Below are positions 38,761-49,865 of a stretch of 64,000 nt of DNA, piece after piece (position 1 is the stretch's first letter; each line of letters starts with the position of its first letter). The notes below the pieces were generated by a model. That model searched no databases and was not told where the DNA came from. It saw nothing but the letters and a program-made list of their open reading frames with translations. Origin of the DNA: an uncultured Acidobacteriota bacterium (GTDB lineage: Bacteria; Acidobacteriota; Blastocatellia; RBC074); the NCBI GenBank assembly GCA_963796275.1, contig CAWCKY010000003.1, positions 320,001 through 384,000 of the forward strand. The letters are read 5' to 3'. The translations under genes were made by a program, and so were the position numbers.

Positions 38761-40236
38761 TCATTTATCGTTCTGGGCTCCCAGCTCGCGCAGTGCGATG
38801 AGCGAGATAGTAGTAGGTATCCCATTTTCGACACCTACCTTGAGGAGCACCTGGAAAGCGCGGGGCGGACCGTTATTCCTGCCCATCTTGAGGAGACGAC
38901 GATTGAGGTCGCTCAGATGATTATTGCTGGTGACATACTCCGCTGCGGCTTCAGTCCCGGCGCTCCGCAGCCCTGCCAGTATCATCACGACGTTCGGACT
39001 CGAGATATTCGGCTTGATGGTGACGAGCGCGTAGTCTTCCACCAGCTTGCCCGTCGATTCGTCAAATTTCGAACGATACTCACGTTCTTCTCCCGGTTGC
39101 GGATTGGGATTGTTTATCGTCGCCTGGCCGGTGATCTGGAAACCTTCAACCACCGGCAATTTGCCCGACCACTCGTTCGCCCACACACTGCCGAACAGAA
39201 CGACGTGATGTTCTTTCATATCTTCAGCGCTAACTGTCCGGCTGCGCTTAACCGAGACAGTCCTACCTGCTGTGCGCAAAAGATCGGTGACATGCGTTAC
39301 GCCAATCGCCTCTCCCAAACCGGTATACGTGTCGATAGAGAGCACTAGCCGTGGGCTGGGCGGGCTGTGTAGGACCGCGAAGTGATCTCGCATGACTTCA
39401 CTTAATATATTCGCTTTGTCGGGCGGGAGTTCGACCGAATTTTTTATGCTTATCTCATTGTCGCCCGCATTCAGCAAACGATATACAAGCGGATTGCTCA
39501 AGACAAGCAGGATCGAGGCGTCGCCTTTCAGAAATGGTTCCCACACTGAGCCAAGGTTTGCAAATGCATTCGGTGAAATGGCGCCCGAGACCTGTTGTCT
39601 CGACCAGAGGTGAGGATACGCGAGGATGCTGACAACTACCACGAGCACGGCGATCAGCGAATAGAGCAGTCGCAATCGGCTATTCAGGGTTGAGATGATA
39701 TTTTCGTGCGCTATATTTGCCGCTCTGATAGCCTTCCTTACTCCCGGTCCCCCCGCTGTCCCCATCGCCTCCGTTTCAATCGCCCTTTCTTCCGGAGACG
39801 ATGCTTGGAGAGATGAAGGTTGGTCGACACTTTTTTGATCCGGTTGCTCTGACGATGCCTGGGGCTTGTGTATTCGAATGAAGATCGGTTCGTAGCTGCC
39901 GATCGGGATGTCGAGCCTGATCTCATCGTTTGTCCCGTCGCGTTGGTAATAAAGGTCGAGTTTTTTGCGTACGTCGTGTGCGCCTACTCGAACAATCGGG
40001 TCGGACGCCGGATTGTAGCCCTCATCGCGATCGAAAACTTCACGCCCGATCAGATATTCATTCAATTCCCCCGCGCGCCCGTTCAAATAGAAGTCGCAGA
40101 TGAGGCGAAGGAATTTCTGTTTTTTGGGAGCGTGAACGAAATATTTGCTGCTCAGGACACGCGATAAGACCTGATCGACATCCTCCTTATTGGCGGCCGG
40201 CAGAATTTGATGGTCTGGGGTTGATAAAACTGCCAC
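38761..40236 (-). CDS. Acidobacterial membrane-anchored HTH-like regulator
   Basis: VLSSKYF...FLRLIC...EYLIGREVFDR..YNPASDPIVRV.AH.VRKKL..YY...IPIGSYEP.F, one TM, extracytoplasmic domain. Confidence 0.75.
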   Translation of the reverse strand: MAVLSTPDHQILPAANKEDVDQVLSRVLSSKYFVHAPKKQKFLRLICDFYLNGRAGELNEYLIGREVFDRDEGYNPASDPIVRVGAHDVRKKLDLYYQRDGTNDEIRLDIPIGSYEPIFIRIHKPQASSEQPDQKSVDQPSSLQASSPEERAIETEAMGTAGGPGVRKAIRAANIAHENIISTLNSRLRLLYSLIAVLVVVVSILAYPHLWSRQQVSGAISPNAFANLGSVWEPFLKGDASILLVLSNPLVYRLLNAGDNEISIKNSVELPPDKANILSEVMRDHFAVLHSPPSPRLVLSIDTYTGLGEAIGVTHVTDLLRTAGRTVSVKRSRTVSAEDMKEHHVVLFGSVWANEWSGKLPVVEGFQITGQATINNPNPQPGEEREYRSKFDESTGKLVEDYALVTIKPNISSPNVVMILAGLRSAGTEAAAEYVTSNNHLSDLNRRLLKMGRNNGPPRAFQVLLKVGVENGIPTTISLIALRELGAQNDK

Positions 40237-40639
40237 GAACTTCTCCCTGACTTAGTTTGGGTGCTGTTTTAGACGACGGATTCTCCGTAGAGTTTACGGA
40301 TTGCACTAATGAACTCGATCATGGATTAATCTCCGAACGATCGGTCCATCTGCAATTATTCCAAAGTGTATTCCACCAAGTCGAACCCAGCAGCTAGTAG
40401 CGATAAGTGTGGCTCCCAGACGAGCAGACCTCATTCGGGTCTTACTCTACTGTCGGAAGTAAATTCAGGTGTTAAGAGGTTCACCTAACTGTTAACAGTA
40501 ATGAATTGCGTGAGCCTTTTGTAAAGCAATTTTAAGGCGGACATCTAATCTCAGCATCCGCTTGAGGATTATAATCCTAAAAACCTCAGCGAACAAAAGA
40601 TCTTGTGGAAATCCAGTCGCGGAATTTTTATCTAGGATT

Positions 40640-40708
40640 GGTAAGACGGCGTTAATAACCCGTGCCTAACATACTGATAACCGTAAACCTGACGTAAATA
40701 GCCGTAAT
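40640..40708. promoter_or_regulatory. Helically phased CGTAA-like direct repeats
   Basis: CGTAA at 40682, 40693 and 40703; degenerate copies at ~40640, 40650 and 40661. Confidence 0.4.
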
Positions 40709-41407
40709 GTTATTGACCTTTCATTTTTGAATGTCTAAGATTTTGGAAATTTTAGACATAATAGTAATAGTCTATATTTTAACGTCAACATAGAGCGGCG
40801 GATACGAATGAGTAGTACGGAAACAAAGTTTCTCGCTATTGTTTCTAGCCCGCGAAGCGGGCTATCAAAAAACTTAGTTTCCAGAGCTAGGATAATAAAA
40901 GACCGCTGGAAACTACTTATCAATAGCTTTGGTGGGATTCACTGAATTACCGAGAAGCTATCGAGCTGGCCCTGAAGTTCACCTTCTGAACTTCACCAGG
41001 TTGAGAATAAAGAATAGACGCAAGTAACGGATCAAATGGAATTTCGCTGAAATTTCCGTCTGTTCCGTTATTTGCATTTATCGGATGCAGGCGTGATAGA
41101 GAGTCGCATTGCAACGGACTGATAGTTGATAACATCGCATTCGATAAGTCATCGGGCTCTTCAGTTTGTGACCATCTTCGCAGCGATGCTATACTTTCAG
41201 TCTCAAGTTTAACACTTCGCCTGTTTAACCAATTACCGAAGACAATCGGGAAGCAATTCTATGCTCGTTATTCCTGAAATTATTATCGTGTTGCTGCTCA
41301 TCCCGATTCAGGAGCGCGAAACGGTCCGTCAATCCGAGCAACATTTTGCTCGCGGCGCGCATTTCAAATTTACTGATCAACCATATCCTTATTGACAAGG
41401 GGCAAGT

Positions 41408-43120
41408 TTGAAATACCTGCAATTTATTTCCATATTCGTAATAGCTCTGTTAATGCGTATGCCAATGCAATTGCAGGATGCTTCCGATCCCAAGCGCGCA
41501 ACGTTTAGGGAAGTTCCTGCTAAAGAAAGCGGCATAGCCTGGACCCATGACAACGGCCATTCGAATGCACGACATTTGCCCGAGACTTGCGGCGGTGGCG
41601 GGTTGTTTTTCGATTATGACAATGATGGATGGATAGATATATATCTGGTTAACAGCGGGCCCTCGGATTTTTACAAGCCTGCGAAACCGATCCGCAACGC
41701 CCTCTATCGCAACAACGGCGACGGCAGATTTACCGATGTTACTGAAAAGGCGGGCGTCGGGTGCGGTCAGGAGGGCGATTTCGGGATGGGGGCTGCTGCC
41801 GGCGATTTCAATGGCGATGGCTGGCAGGACCTGTATGTAACGAACTACGGGAGTAACCGGTTGTTTCAAAACAGCGGCAACGGAGGTTTCACCGATATCA
41901 CGGCGAAGGCGGGAGTCGCTGCGCCGAACTGGTCTACTTGCGCCACATGGTTCGATTACGATAACGATGGTAAGCTCGACCTCTTTGTTTCGAGTTTCGT
42001 GCAATACAGCGCATCTGGCAGCATCTTCTGCGGCGATAATCGCCTCGGCCGGCGCTATTACTGCATTCCGCGAGTATTCAAACCCCGTCCAAGTTTTCTC
42101 TTCCATAACGAAGGCGAGGGAAAGTTCACCGATGTCAGCAAACCATCGGGTATCGCCTCGGCCCTCGGCAAATCGTTTGGGGCCGTGGCTACAGATATCA
42201 ACAACGATGGGTTGATCGACCTTTTTGTGGCGAACGACACGCTGGCCAACTTTCTTTTCGTCAATAAAGGCAGCGGAAATTTTGAAGAGATCGGTCTGGC
42301 CTCGGGCGTCGGCTATAGCGATGCGGGCAGCCCCCGTTCGGGCATGGGCGTTGATGCGACGGATTATGATGGGGATGGTTGGCAAGATTTATTCGTCGCC
42401 AATATCGACCAGGAACTTTTCAGCCTTTATCACAATGAAAAAGACCTGACATTTATCGATCAGGCGGGCGAGATCGGCCAGGCCACCAGGTTGCTAAGCG
42501 GTTGGGGATTGAAATTTGTCGATTATGACAACGACGGCGACCCGGATCTGTTTCTGGCCAACGGTCACCCTGACGACATGGTCGAGTCGCAAGCCTCAAA
42601 AGTGAAGTACAGAGAGCCGCTGTTGGTTTTTGAAAATATCGACGGAAAATACAAGAATGTCAGCGCGCAATCAGGTGAGATTTTCAAGAAGGATTTCCCC
42701 GCTCGCGGTATGTCGGCTGGCGACTATGATAATGACGGAGACATAGATCTTCTCATAATAAACAACGGTGACGCCCCGATCCTCTTGCGCAATGAAGGAG
42801 GCAATCGCAACAACTGGCTCGGTTTGAATCTGGCAGCTACCAAGAGCAATCCAGCCGCTGTCGGGGCAATCATCACGTGGACGGCGGGCGGAGTTAAGCG
42901 AAGCCGGCTGAAAACCAGCGGCGGCAGCTATCTCTCCTCGCATGATCCGCGCGAAATTCTCGGCATCGGCAAAACTGCAAAGATCGACAGCGTAGAAATA
43001 AAATGGCCGAGCGGGAAGGTGGATAAACTAGCGAACCTACCTATAAACGCTTACGTCAAGGTGGTTGAAGGTGAAGGGATGGTTAAGGGCTCGGCATCAA
43101 CTGCATCAAAAACGAAATAA
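41408..43120 (+). CDS. CRTAC1 family protein (FG-GAP repeats + ASPIC/UnbV)
   Basis: Multiple DYDNDG repeats; C-terminal [18 protein letters not shown]. Confidence 0.92.
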   Translation: MKYLQFISIFVIALLMRMPMQLQDASDPKRATFREVPAKESGIAWTHDNGHSNARHLPETCGGGGLFFDYDNDGWIDIYLVNSGPSDFYKPAKPIRNALYRNNGDGRFTDVTEKAGVGCGQEGDFGMGAAAGDFNGDGWQDLYVTNYGSNRLFQNSGNGGFTDITAKAGVAAPNWSTCATWFDYDNDGKLDLFVSSFVQYSASGSIFCGDNRLGRRYYCIPRVFKPRPSFLFHNEGEGKFTDVSKPSGIASALGKSFGAVATDINNDGLIDLFVANDTLANFLFVNKGSGNFEEIGLASGVGYSDAGSPRSGMGVDATDYDGDGWQDLFVANIDQELFSLYHNEKDLTFIDQAGEIGQATRLLSGWGLKFVDYDNDGDPDLFLANGHPDDMVESQASKVKYREPLLVFENIDGKYKNVSAQSGEIFKKDFPARGMSAGDYDNDGDIDLLIINNGDAPILLRNEGGNRNNWLGLNLAATKSNPAAVGAIITWTAGGVKRSRLKTSGGSYLSSHDPREILGIGKTAKIDSVEIKWPSGKVDKLANLPINAYVKVVEGEGMVKGSASTASKTK

Positions 43121-43321
43121 CTCATTTTTAGTTAACGGAGGGCGAGGAAGAATCAGAACCGCGAGCGGTATTGCGCGAGCCTCATTAATGATTGTTTGAT
43201 GATGTTCCGCTCGCTCCCCTTCACGGGAATGATAATATCGCAATAAGCATGAGGAATGGAAAAGCCGTGAATTTCATATGCCCCCCATCCTGAGAGTGTC
43301 GATTTAGAGCCGGTGGCAGAG

Positions 43322-44098
43322 TTACTGCATTCCGCCAAATGGACTGGTGGGTTCGGGCGGCGGCAATTGATCGACCTTTTCCGGCGCAAGTTCCGATAAC
43401 CGATCGATCGCTGTCGAACCCAAGCGGCTGCTGCGCCAATCCTTGTTATTTGCTACGCCGAAGTAGAGGTCGACTGCCTCCTTATTCTTTCCCTGCGTCT
43501 CATAAATTTTCGCTATATTGATATCGATCAATGCGAGAGGGATATTATATGGCCTCGATTTCAGTTTTTGATATTCGCCGATCGCATCATCAGATTTGCC
43601 GGTTGCCTCGTACCGTTGAGCCAGCGCTAGTCGCGCTCGCGCTCCGGTCTCTGAATCCGTTTGGGCAAGTTCTTTCAATGTGGCTTCGGCTTTTTCGGGC
43701 TCGAAATACATCTGATGTGTGGCGGCGAGGAAACGGCCGATCTCCCCATTATATGATGGATAGTCGCTCGCAGCTTTCTGGAATGCCTCATAAGCTTTGC
43801 GGTGCTTTTCATCTTCCGTCGTGAACGCTGCGCTGCCCGGACTCAGATTCGCCGGGAGCGGATTCTGAACTATCGCGTCGTGGTAGCGGAATCCCGTTGA
43901 CATCGCATCGGCCGCATTATTTGAGCGGTTCGACAAAAACGCCCACACGATCAGAATCAGCGAAATCACGGCCGCTGATACAGCCAACCAAGTCAGTATC
44001 GGATTTGAATGTCCCTTTACCCACGTGGATGTGTTCATGTATTGTTGCATTAATGGATCGCGCTTCAGTGTTTGCGCGGCAATTCGCTTTTTGGCCAA
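43322..44098 (-). CDS. Membrane-anchored TPR protein (YfgM-like)
   Basis: LKRDP N-terminus, one TM, TPR-like helices. Confidence 0.7.
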   Translation of the reverse strand: MAKKRIAAQTLKRDPLMQQYMNTSTWVKGHSNPILTWLAVSAAVISLILIVWAFLSNRSNNAADAMSTGFRYHDAIVQNPLPANLSPGSAAFTTEDEKHRKAYEAFQKAASDYPSYNGEIGRFLAATHQMYFEPEKAEATLKELAQTDSETGARARLALAQRYEATGKSDDAIGEYQKLKSRPYNIPLALIDINIAKIYETQGKNKEAVDLYFGVANNKDWRSSRLGSTAIDRLSELAPEKVDQLPPPEPTSPFGGMQ

Positions 44099-44198
44099 TC
44101 TGGTGCTCCTTCAGCTGAAAATTACTTGGATTAATCTGAAGTGGAAAAAATAGCGGTTAGTGGCTCTCAATGTCAAGGTCGGTTATAATTGCTGAGCA

Positions 44199-44320
44199 GG
44201 ATAAGTTAGGTTCTTTGGAAATGGTTCTGGTGGGGGACCGAATGTCCTGAGGCACGTGTTGAACATTCTGAATCAATTTCCCATTGCCATTTCCAAAGAA
44301 CCGTCAAGTTCCACTTATCC
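44199..44320. repeat. Imperfect inverted repeat
   Basis: ggataag..ggttctttggaaatgg ... ccatttccaaagaacc..cttatcc. Confidence 0.7.
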
Positions 44321-44839
44321 CGTGATAAGTGGCCGATCTGATTTCTTCTAGGTTTCCTTGTATTGACTATATAAATATCAATTCTCAGCCGAACGGGTTA
44401 TTCGTAATACTTCGGGATTTTATGAGAAAAGTTACTTAATTCTTAGATGCTGTTGTAAACGCACAGAATTAGAAATATGCAGAGCGATGTAACGTTGAAG
44501 ACGATCAAAAAATTGATCAGGCTCTGCTCATCCCTCTTCTCCTGTTCTTTGCTGATTCCCGCCATTTCAGTCTCCTAAATGTATATTTTTTTATCACAAG
44601 CGTGACTTTTGTCATGTCGCAGAACACAAGTGCAACAGGCGTGCCTTTATAGCGTACGTTATAGGTTCTCGTTAAAATGTGCGGTTAGAGCGAATTCTGT
44701 ATCGATTGAAACCTCTATCAGATCAGGCAATTTAAACTTTGCCTCAGTAGCGGCGCGGACCGCGGGAGCGCGATTTATCGGAACAATCGATGATCGAAAT
44801 GGTTTGTAGGAGGGCTTAAAGCGCACGATATAGTGCGCC

Positions 44840-45961
44840 TCAATCTTGCGGGGCGCGGTATCCCGGTTTGGATTGGACTGAAAATCCAGGTTGTTTTATG
44901 GCGACACGCAGCGTACGCCATTTGCCATCATGCTTATCATTTGTCGGGTAATACGCGAGCGAGTATTGCGTGCCCAATTCGGCAGCGATCTGTTTATAGG
45001 CGGGTTCGAGCTCGCTCAGGTCTCTGATCGGATAAACGCGGCCGCCCGTTCTCTTCGCGACTTCGCGCAGTTCGCGCCGGGCAGATTCATAAAGACGGCG
45101 ATTGATCTGCATTCGCTCCAACGATGGCAATGAACAATGATTATCGTAATCTGCTTCATCACTGCCAGGCATATATTCCTTCACATATTTTTTCAATTGC
45201 TTTGACGAAAATCTAAAATGTTCTCTTTCTTGACAATCGCGCATCATCCCCGCCTGAGTGAAGCTTTCCGTATTCAGTTCGAGAAAGTATATGCTGGCTC
45301 CCGCCTTTTCGAGCGCCGGCATCATCTGTTCGAATGTCGCCGTGCCGAAGGAATCTACTCCATCAGTCAGCGCGACGATGGCTTTTCGGCCCCCTACTTT
45401 TAAGGCATCGGTTACCGCCGTTTGCATGGCGTCGTAGAATGATGTGCCGCTCCCCAATTTGAGCCGGTTAAGGCCGGTTTCGAGCTTGAACCGGTCAGAA
45501 GTCAGTGGAGTTGTTATCTCGATTTCCTTGTTGAATTGAACGAGTGTAATGCGGTCCTGCAGGCGTAGGTCATCGATAAATCGGCGAGCTGAGCGGCGAA
45601 TGAGCATAAGTTCGTCGCGCGTGCTGGCTGATGTATCGATCATCAGTGCAAGGCTGAACGGAATATCGGCCGTGGAAAAATTTGTGATCTTCTGCCGCAC
45701 GCCGTCTTCATAGACAACGAAGTCTGTTGCCTTCAGACCGGTCACGGTACGATTTCCCTTGCGATCGGTTACGCTGATATCGACCGACACCAGATCGGTA
45801 TCGAGCCTGATCGTTGTTTCCTGTTCTTCCTTCTGCTCCTCTTTTTGCCCCTCTGCTTGCCCCTTCTTCTCTTGTTCCTGCGCGGAAACGAGCGAAAAGC
45901 AGAGGAGCAATGCCGAGATTGCCGATAGGATAATAGGATGGTAAAAACCGGTTATTCGCAT
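44840..45961 (-). CDS. Acidobacterial VWA domain protein
   Basis: [25 protein letters not shown]-like [27 protein letters not shown]. Confidence 0.9.
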   Translation of the reverse strand: MRITGFYHPIILSAISALLLCFSLVSAQEQEKKGQAEGQKEEQKEEQETTIRLDTDLVSVDISVTDRKGNRTVTGLKATDFVVYEDGVRQKITNFSTADIPFSLALMIDTSASTRDELMLIRRSARRFIDDLRLQDRITLVQFNKEIEITTPLTSDRFKLETGLNRLKLGSGTSFYDAMQTAVTDALKVGGRKAIVALTDGVDSFGTATFEQMMPALEKAGASIYFLELNTESFTQAGMMRDCQEREHFRFSSKQLKKYVKEYMPGSDEADYDNHCSLPSLERMQINRRLYESARRELREVAKRTGGRVYPIRDLSELEPAYKQIAAELGTQYSLAYYPTNDKHDGKWRTLRVAIKQPGFSVQSKPGYRAPQD

Positions 45962-46004
45962 GAGATACTTGCCCCGGCCACATGGAAACAAAAAAGACAA
46001 AAAA

Positions 46005-46064
46005 AGGCAAAACGGGGCAATCGGGGCAAACGGGGCAACCGGGGCAACCGGGAGGGAACGGGGG
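46005..46064 (+). repeat. 9-bp tandem repeat (CGGGGCAAN)
   Basis: cggggcaat cggggcaaa cggggcaac cggggcaac cgggag, between divergent genes. Confidence 0.8.
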
Positions 46065-46069
46065 AAAAA

Positions 46070-46825
46070 ATGTCCGAAGATAATTGGCGCCGCCCATTAA
46101 ATAGGATCGAATTGGTCAAAGATGAAGTGCACGTTTGGCGAGCGTCGCTAACTCAATATCCAGCTGCGATCTCGGAACTCTCGGCTCTCCTTGCGCCGGA
46201 TGAGCGCCACAGGGCCGAAAAATACTTTCGCCAGGTGGACCGCGATCATTTCATAGTAGCGCGCGGGATACTGCGGAAGCTAATCTCCCTCTATCTAGCG
46301 ATCTCGCCCGGCGCTCTGCAATTCACCTACAATGAATACGGGAAACCGGACATCGCCGGCCATCAGAATGACCGCAATTTAAATTTCAACCTGTCTCATT
46401 CCAAAGATCTGGCCTTATATGCGTTCAGGCTCGAGGGCGGCCTGGGGATCGATATCGAATATATGCGCGATGATTTCGCATCGCTTGAAATCGCCCAACA
46501 ATTCTTCGCCGAAGATGAGGTCCATGCGCTCAGCTCCCTGCCTGTCGAGCAACGGGTGAACGCTTTCTTCAATTGCTGGGCTCGTAAAGAATCGTACATC
46601 AAGGCTCTGGGTATGGGTGTTTCCTTTCCGCTGGACAAATTTGTGGTTTCATTATCTCCGGGTGACGCCCCGGCGCTCCTGAAAGTTGAAAATAATGACG
46701 GCGAAGCTGATAGATGGAAGATGTACGAGTTGAGACCCGGAGACGGTTACGCAGCCGCTATTATTATAGAAACGCCTCCAGTTATTCTGAGACAGTGGCA
46801 TTGGGATGGAATCGTAATGCGTTAA
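46070..46825 (+). CDS. Sfp/HetI-type 4'-phosphopantetheinyl transferase
   Basis: [33 protein letters not shown]. Confidence 0.92.
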   Translation: MSEDNWRRPLNRIELVKDEVHVWRASLTQYPAAISELSALLAPDERHRAEKYFRQVDRDHFIVARGILRKLISLYLAISPGALQFTYNEYGKPDIAGHQNDRNLNFNLSHSKDLALYAFRLEGGLGIDIEYMRDDFASLEIAQQFFAEDEVHALSSLPVEQRVNAFFNCWARKESYIKALGMGVSFPLDKFVVSLSPGDAPALLKVENNDGEADRWKMYELRPGDGYAAAIIIETPPVILRQWHWDGIVMR

Positions 46826-46866
46826 AACATTGGCCATTGCGAATTGACAATAGGAACGGGTCGCAG

Positions 46867-49509
46867 TTATTCGTGCCGTATCGCCACCAGCGGATCTACC
46901 TTCGTTGCTCGTCGCGCAGGCAAGTAGCACGCCAGCATCGCTATCACCGCTAGTGACAAGGGAGTAGCAATAAATGTCATTGGATCGGTGGCCGTCACGC
47001 CAAACAATAAACCGGTCAGAACTCGGGTTAAGCCATAAGCGGCCAGCAAGCCTACTCCAATACCGCATAGTGCCAGGCGCATTCCCTGGCCGACAATCAG
47101 CCGCAGAATGTCGCGCGGCTGTGCGCCGAGGCTCAAACGCGTACCAATCTCGCGCGTGCGCATGAGGACTGATTGATGCATCAGACCGTAGATGCCAACT
47201 GCCGCCAGCAGCAACGCCAGCACGGAGAACAGCGTCAGCAGCCATGTTTGGAAACGCCGCGGGGCCATGGCCCGGGCGAGTTGGCTCTCCAGGGGGGAGA
47301 TGCCGTACACCAGGACAGTTTTATCAAGCGCGCGAATCTCATTGCGTATGATGGTGGCGAGCCGGGTTGGATCCCCCGTTGTGCGGATCAAGAAGTTCAT
47401 TCCGCGCTCCGGGCGTTGCAGATGGGGCACGAAGATTTGCGCGATGGGTTGGCGTTCCAAACTCTGGCGGCGCATATCACCCACGATTCCGACCACGGTT
47501 AACCACGGACCTGGTGATCGTGCCGGTCCTTGTTTGAATCGCTTGCCCAGCGCCTCCTCTCCCGGCCAGCACCGGTATGCCATCGTTTCATTGATAATGG
47601 CTACCGGCATAGCTCCCTGATTGTCCTGTGCGTTGAAGAAGCGCCCTTTGCGTAAGGGAACGCGCAGGGTTTGAAAGACCCCCCCGCTGATCACATCTCG
47701 TCTAAATGGGATGCGCGCCGTTTCTGCAGCTTCCGCTGAAGCGCTTTCAATGGTGAGCAGCCCGTTGGAATTATCGCTGATGAAAATCTCCTCGCTTAGA
47801 CCGACAGCTTCAACGCCTGGCAGCGCCGCGATACGTTCGCTCACCTGTTGATAAAAGACGCGCCATTGATCGGCCGTGCTACTTAGCGCAGGTGCAGTCT
47901 GGAGGACCAGAACCCTCGTGGCATCGAACCCGTGATCAACCGCTTGCAGTTTGCTGAAGCTGCGCAGGAGCAAGCCGGCGCCTGAAAGCAGCAGCACCGC
48001 CAGCCCGAACTCAGTGATCACCAGCAGCCCGCGCAGGCGGCGGCTACCGATCCCGCTGCTCGAGCTACGGCCATCTTTGAGCGCCTCGCCGGGCTGAGCC
48101 CTGGAAATCTTCAAAGCCGGCGCCAGACCGAATAGCAGTCCGGTCATTAACGAAACAACGGTAGTGAAGGCCAGCGCCCTGGTATCAAGCGCGACGCTGT
48201 CCAAATGAGGAATGTTCGGGGGGCCGAGGCTCTTGAGCGCCTGGATGCCCCCCACCGCCATTAAAAGACCGATCCCCCCACCCAACAGGGCCATCAGGCT
48301 GTATTCCGTGAGCAGTTGTCGAACGAGTCGCATTCTGCCCGCTCCCAGCGCCATACGAATCGCGAGCTCGCGTTCTCTTGCAATCCCACGCGCCAGCAAC
48401 AAATTGGCGACGTTCGTGCAGGCAATGAGCAGGACGCAAAACACCGCGCCGAATAAAATCCACAAAGCTAAGCGCACATTCCGGCCAGTAAGCTGAACAT
48501 AGAACGGAACTACATTGACGCGCAGGTCTTTGTTCGAGTCGGGATAAGCTTGTTCCAGCCGCTGCGCAATGGCGTTCATTTCCATTTGTGCTTGCAGCAG
48601 CGAGACAGAGGCTTTGAGTCGCCCGAGCACCTGCCACGACCCCTGACCGCGCTGGGCCTTTTGGGCCTCCCAGAAGGCAAAAAGCGTATGTGGCTCCCAT
48701 ATTCGATTTTCTTTACCGGCTAAAAAGCTCTCCGGCATCACCCCGATCACTTGCGAGCTTGTGCCATCAATTTCCACCATTTGCCCCAGGATGCCGGGGG
48801 ATGCGCCGAACCGGCGTTGCCATAAGCCGTAACTTAATACTACGACCCGCGCCTTTTGTTGCACTTCGTCAGCAGTGAAAGTGCGACCCAGCGAAGGCGC
48901 CACGCCCAGTAGCGGAAAAAGATTGGCCGAGGTGCGGATGCTCATGACCCGCTCCGGATCTGCCGCGCCGGTTAACGTCACCGAAGTGGGATCAAAGACT
49001 GCTAAATCGTCAAACGACGTGTTCTGTTCGCGCCATTCTGAAATAGTGGCATAGGCTGAAGCCGTCTCTTTGATATTCTGCATCGGCACTGCGGACCAGA
49101 GATAGACGAGTCGATCAGCATCGGCGTAGGGCAGCGGGCGCAACAGAACAGCATTGACCACACTGAAGATGGTAATGTTCGCTCCAATGCCCAAAGCCAG
49201 GGTGAACAGCACCGTCGCGGTAAATCCAGGTCTTTTGAGCAACATTCGCGCGCCGTAGCGCAAGTCATGCCACGTCGTTTCCAGCCAGCCCCCGCCGCGG
49301 ATGTCATAGCTGAGGTCTGCGTTCCGGCCGAGCTGGCCAAAACTTTTCCCGGCGGCGGTCTGCGCCTCCTCTGGCGGCATACCGCGCTCGATGTTCCGCT
49401 CCGTCTCCATCTCAACGTGGATTCGCAGCTCTTCTTCAATGTCCCGCAATACTCTTTCGCGCCGAAAGAGGGCGCGCAGCCGCGCCATAAGAATGTTGAT
49501 CCATTCCAT
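46867..49509 (-). CDS. ADOP family ABC permease (full length with prefix domain)
   Basis: [54 protein letters not shown]. Confidence 0.92.
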   Translation of the reverse strand: MEWINILMARLRALFRRERVLRDIEEELRIHVEMETERNIERGMPPEEAQTAAGKSFGQLGRNADLSYDIRGGGWLETTWHDLRYGARMLLKRPGFTATVLFTLALGIGANITIFSVVNAVLLRPLPYADADRLVYLWSAVPMQNIKETASAYATISEWREQNTSFDDLAVFDPTSVTLTGAADPERVMSIRTSANLFPLLGVAPSLGRTFTADEVQQKARVVVLSYGLWQRRFGASPGILGQMVEIDGTSSQVIGVMPESFLAGKENRIWEPHTLFAFWEAQKAQRGQGSWQVLGRLKASVSLLQAQMEMNAIAQRLEQAYPDSNKDLRVNVVPFYVQLTGRNVRLALWILFGAVFCVLLIACTNVANLLLARGIARERELAIRMALGAGRMRLVRQLLTEYSLMALLGGGIGLLMAVGGIQALKSLGPPNIPHLDSVALDTRALAFTTVVSLMTGLLFGLAPALKISRAQPGEALKDGRSSSSGIGSRRLRGLLVITEFGLAVLLLSGAGLLLRSFSKLQAVDHGFDATRVLVLQTAPALSSTADQWRVFYQQVSERIAALPGVEAVGLSEEIFISDNSNGLLTIESASAEAAETARIPFRRDVISGGVFQTLRVPLRKGRFFNAQDNQGAMPVAIINETMAYRCWPGEEALGKRFKQGPARSPGPWLTVVGIVGDMRRQSLERQPIAQIFVPHLQRPERGMNFLIRTTGDPTRLATIIRNEIRALDKTVLVYGISPLESQLARAMAPRRFQTWLLTLFSVLALLLAAVGIYGLMHQSVLMRTREIGTRLSLGAQPRDILRLIVGQGMRLALCGIGVGLLAAYGLTRVLTGLLFGVTATDPMTFIATPLSLAVIAMLACYLPARRATKVDPLVAIRHE

Positions 49510-49553
49510 CAGACTACCTCAGACTGTTTTTCTGACCTTTGCCTGGAGCGGCG

Positions 49554-49625
49554 CTAAGCTTTGAGTTTGAGGAGGATGAGCAGGTCGAGCGTCCATTGTA
49601 GGATATCCGCCTTGGGTCGAGTCAA
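49554..49625 (-). pseudogene. PadR-family regulator remnant (acidobacterial type)
   Basis: GGAGGTG RBS, then TTG-TRPKADILQWTLDLLIL followed by an early stop; resembles the usual DLLQGTLDLLIL N-terminus upstream of ADOP genes. Confidence 0.65.
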
Positions 49626-49865
49626 AACTTCACCTCCAAATCTGGGTTGCTTATTGGTCAGACTTAGTATTTCTAGGTATAGGTTAAGAAGGGAGACCTA
49701 GTATGTCAAGGCGTAGCCGCGTGAGATCGTCTGCGAGTTCAGTCTCGTTTCATCGGCAAGATTACGTTTCTGGGGCGGGTCCCAGGTTTTATCCATCATA
49801 TATGCCCATGATGGTCAGTCATGAGATGACTGATACTGCGAGAACAGTTAAGACGCACCCGGCAC

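Noticed and set aside
43153-43278. Short signal-peptide-like ORF after the TPR gene
   Set aside because: Stops after a few codons; at most an unassignable remnant.
46005-46064. CRISPR array (also considered for the heptamer arrays)
   Set aside because: Units are 7-9 bp without unique spacers, and there are no cas genes.
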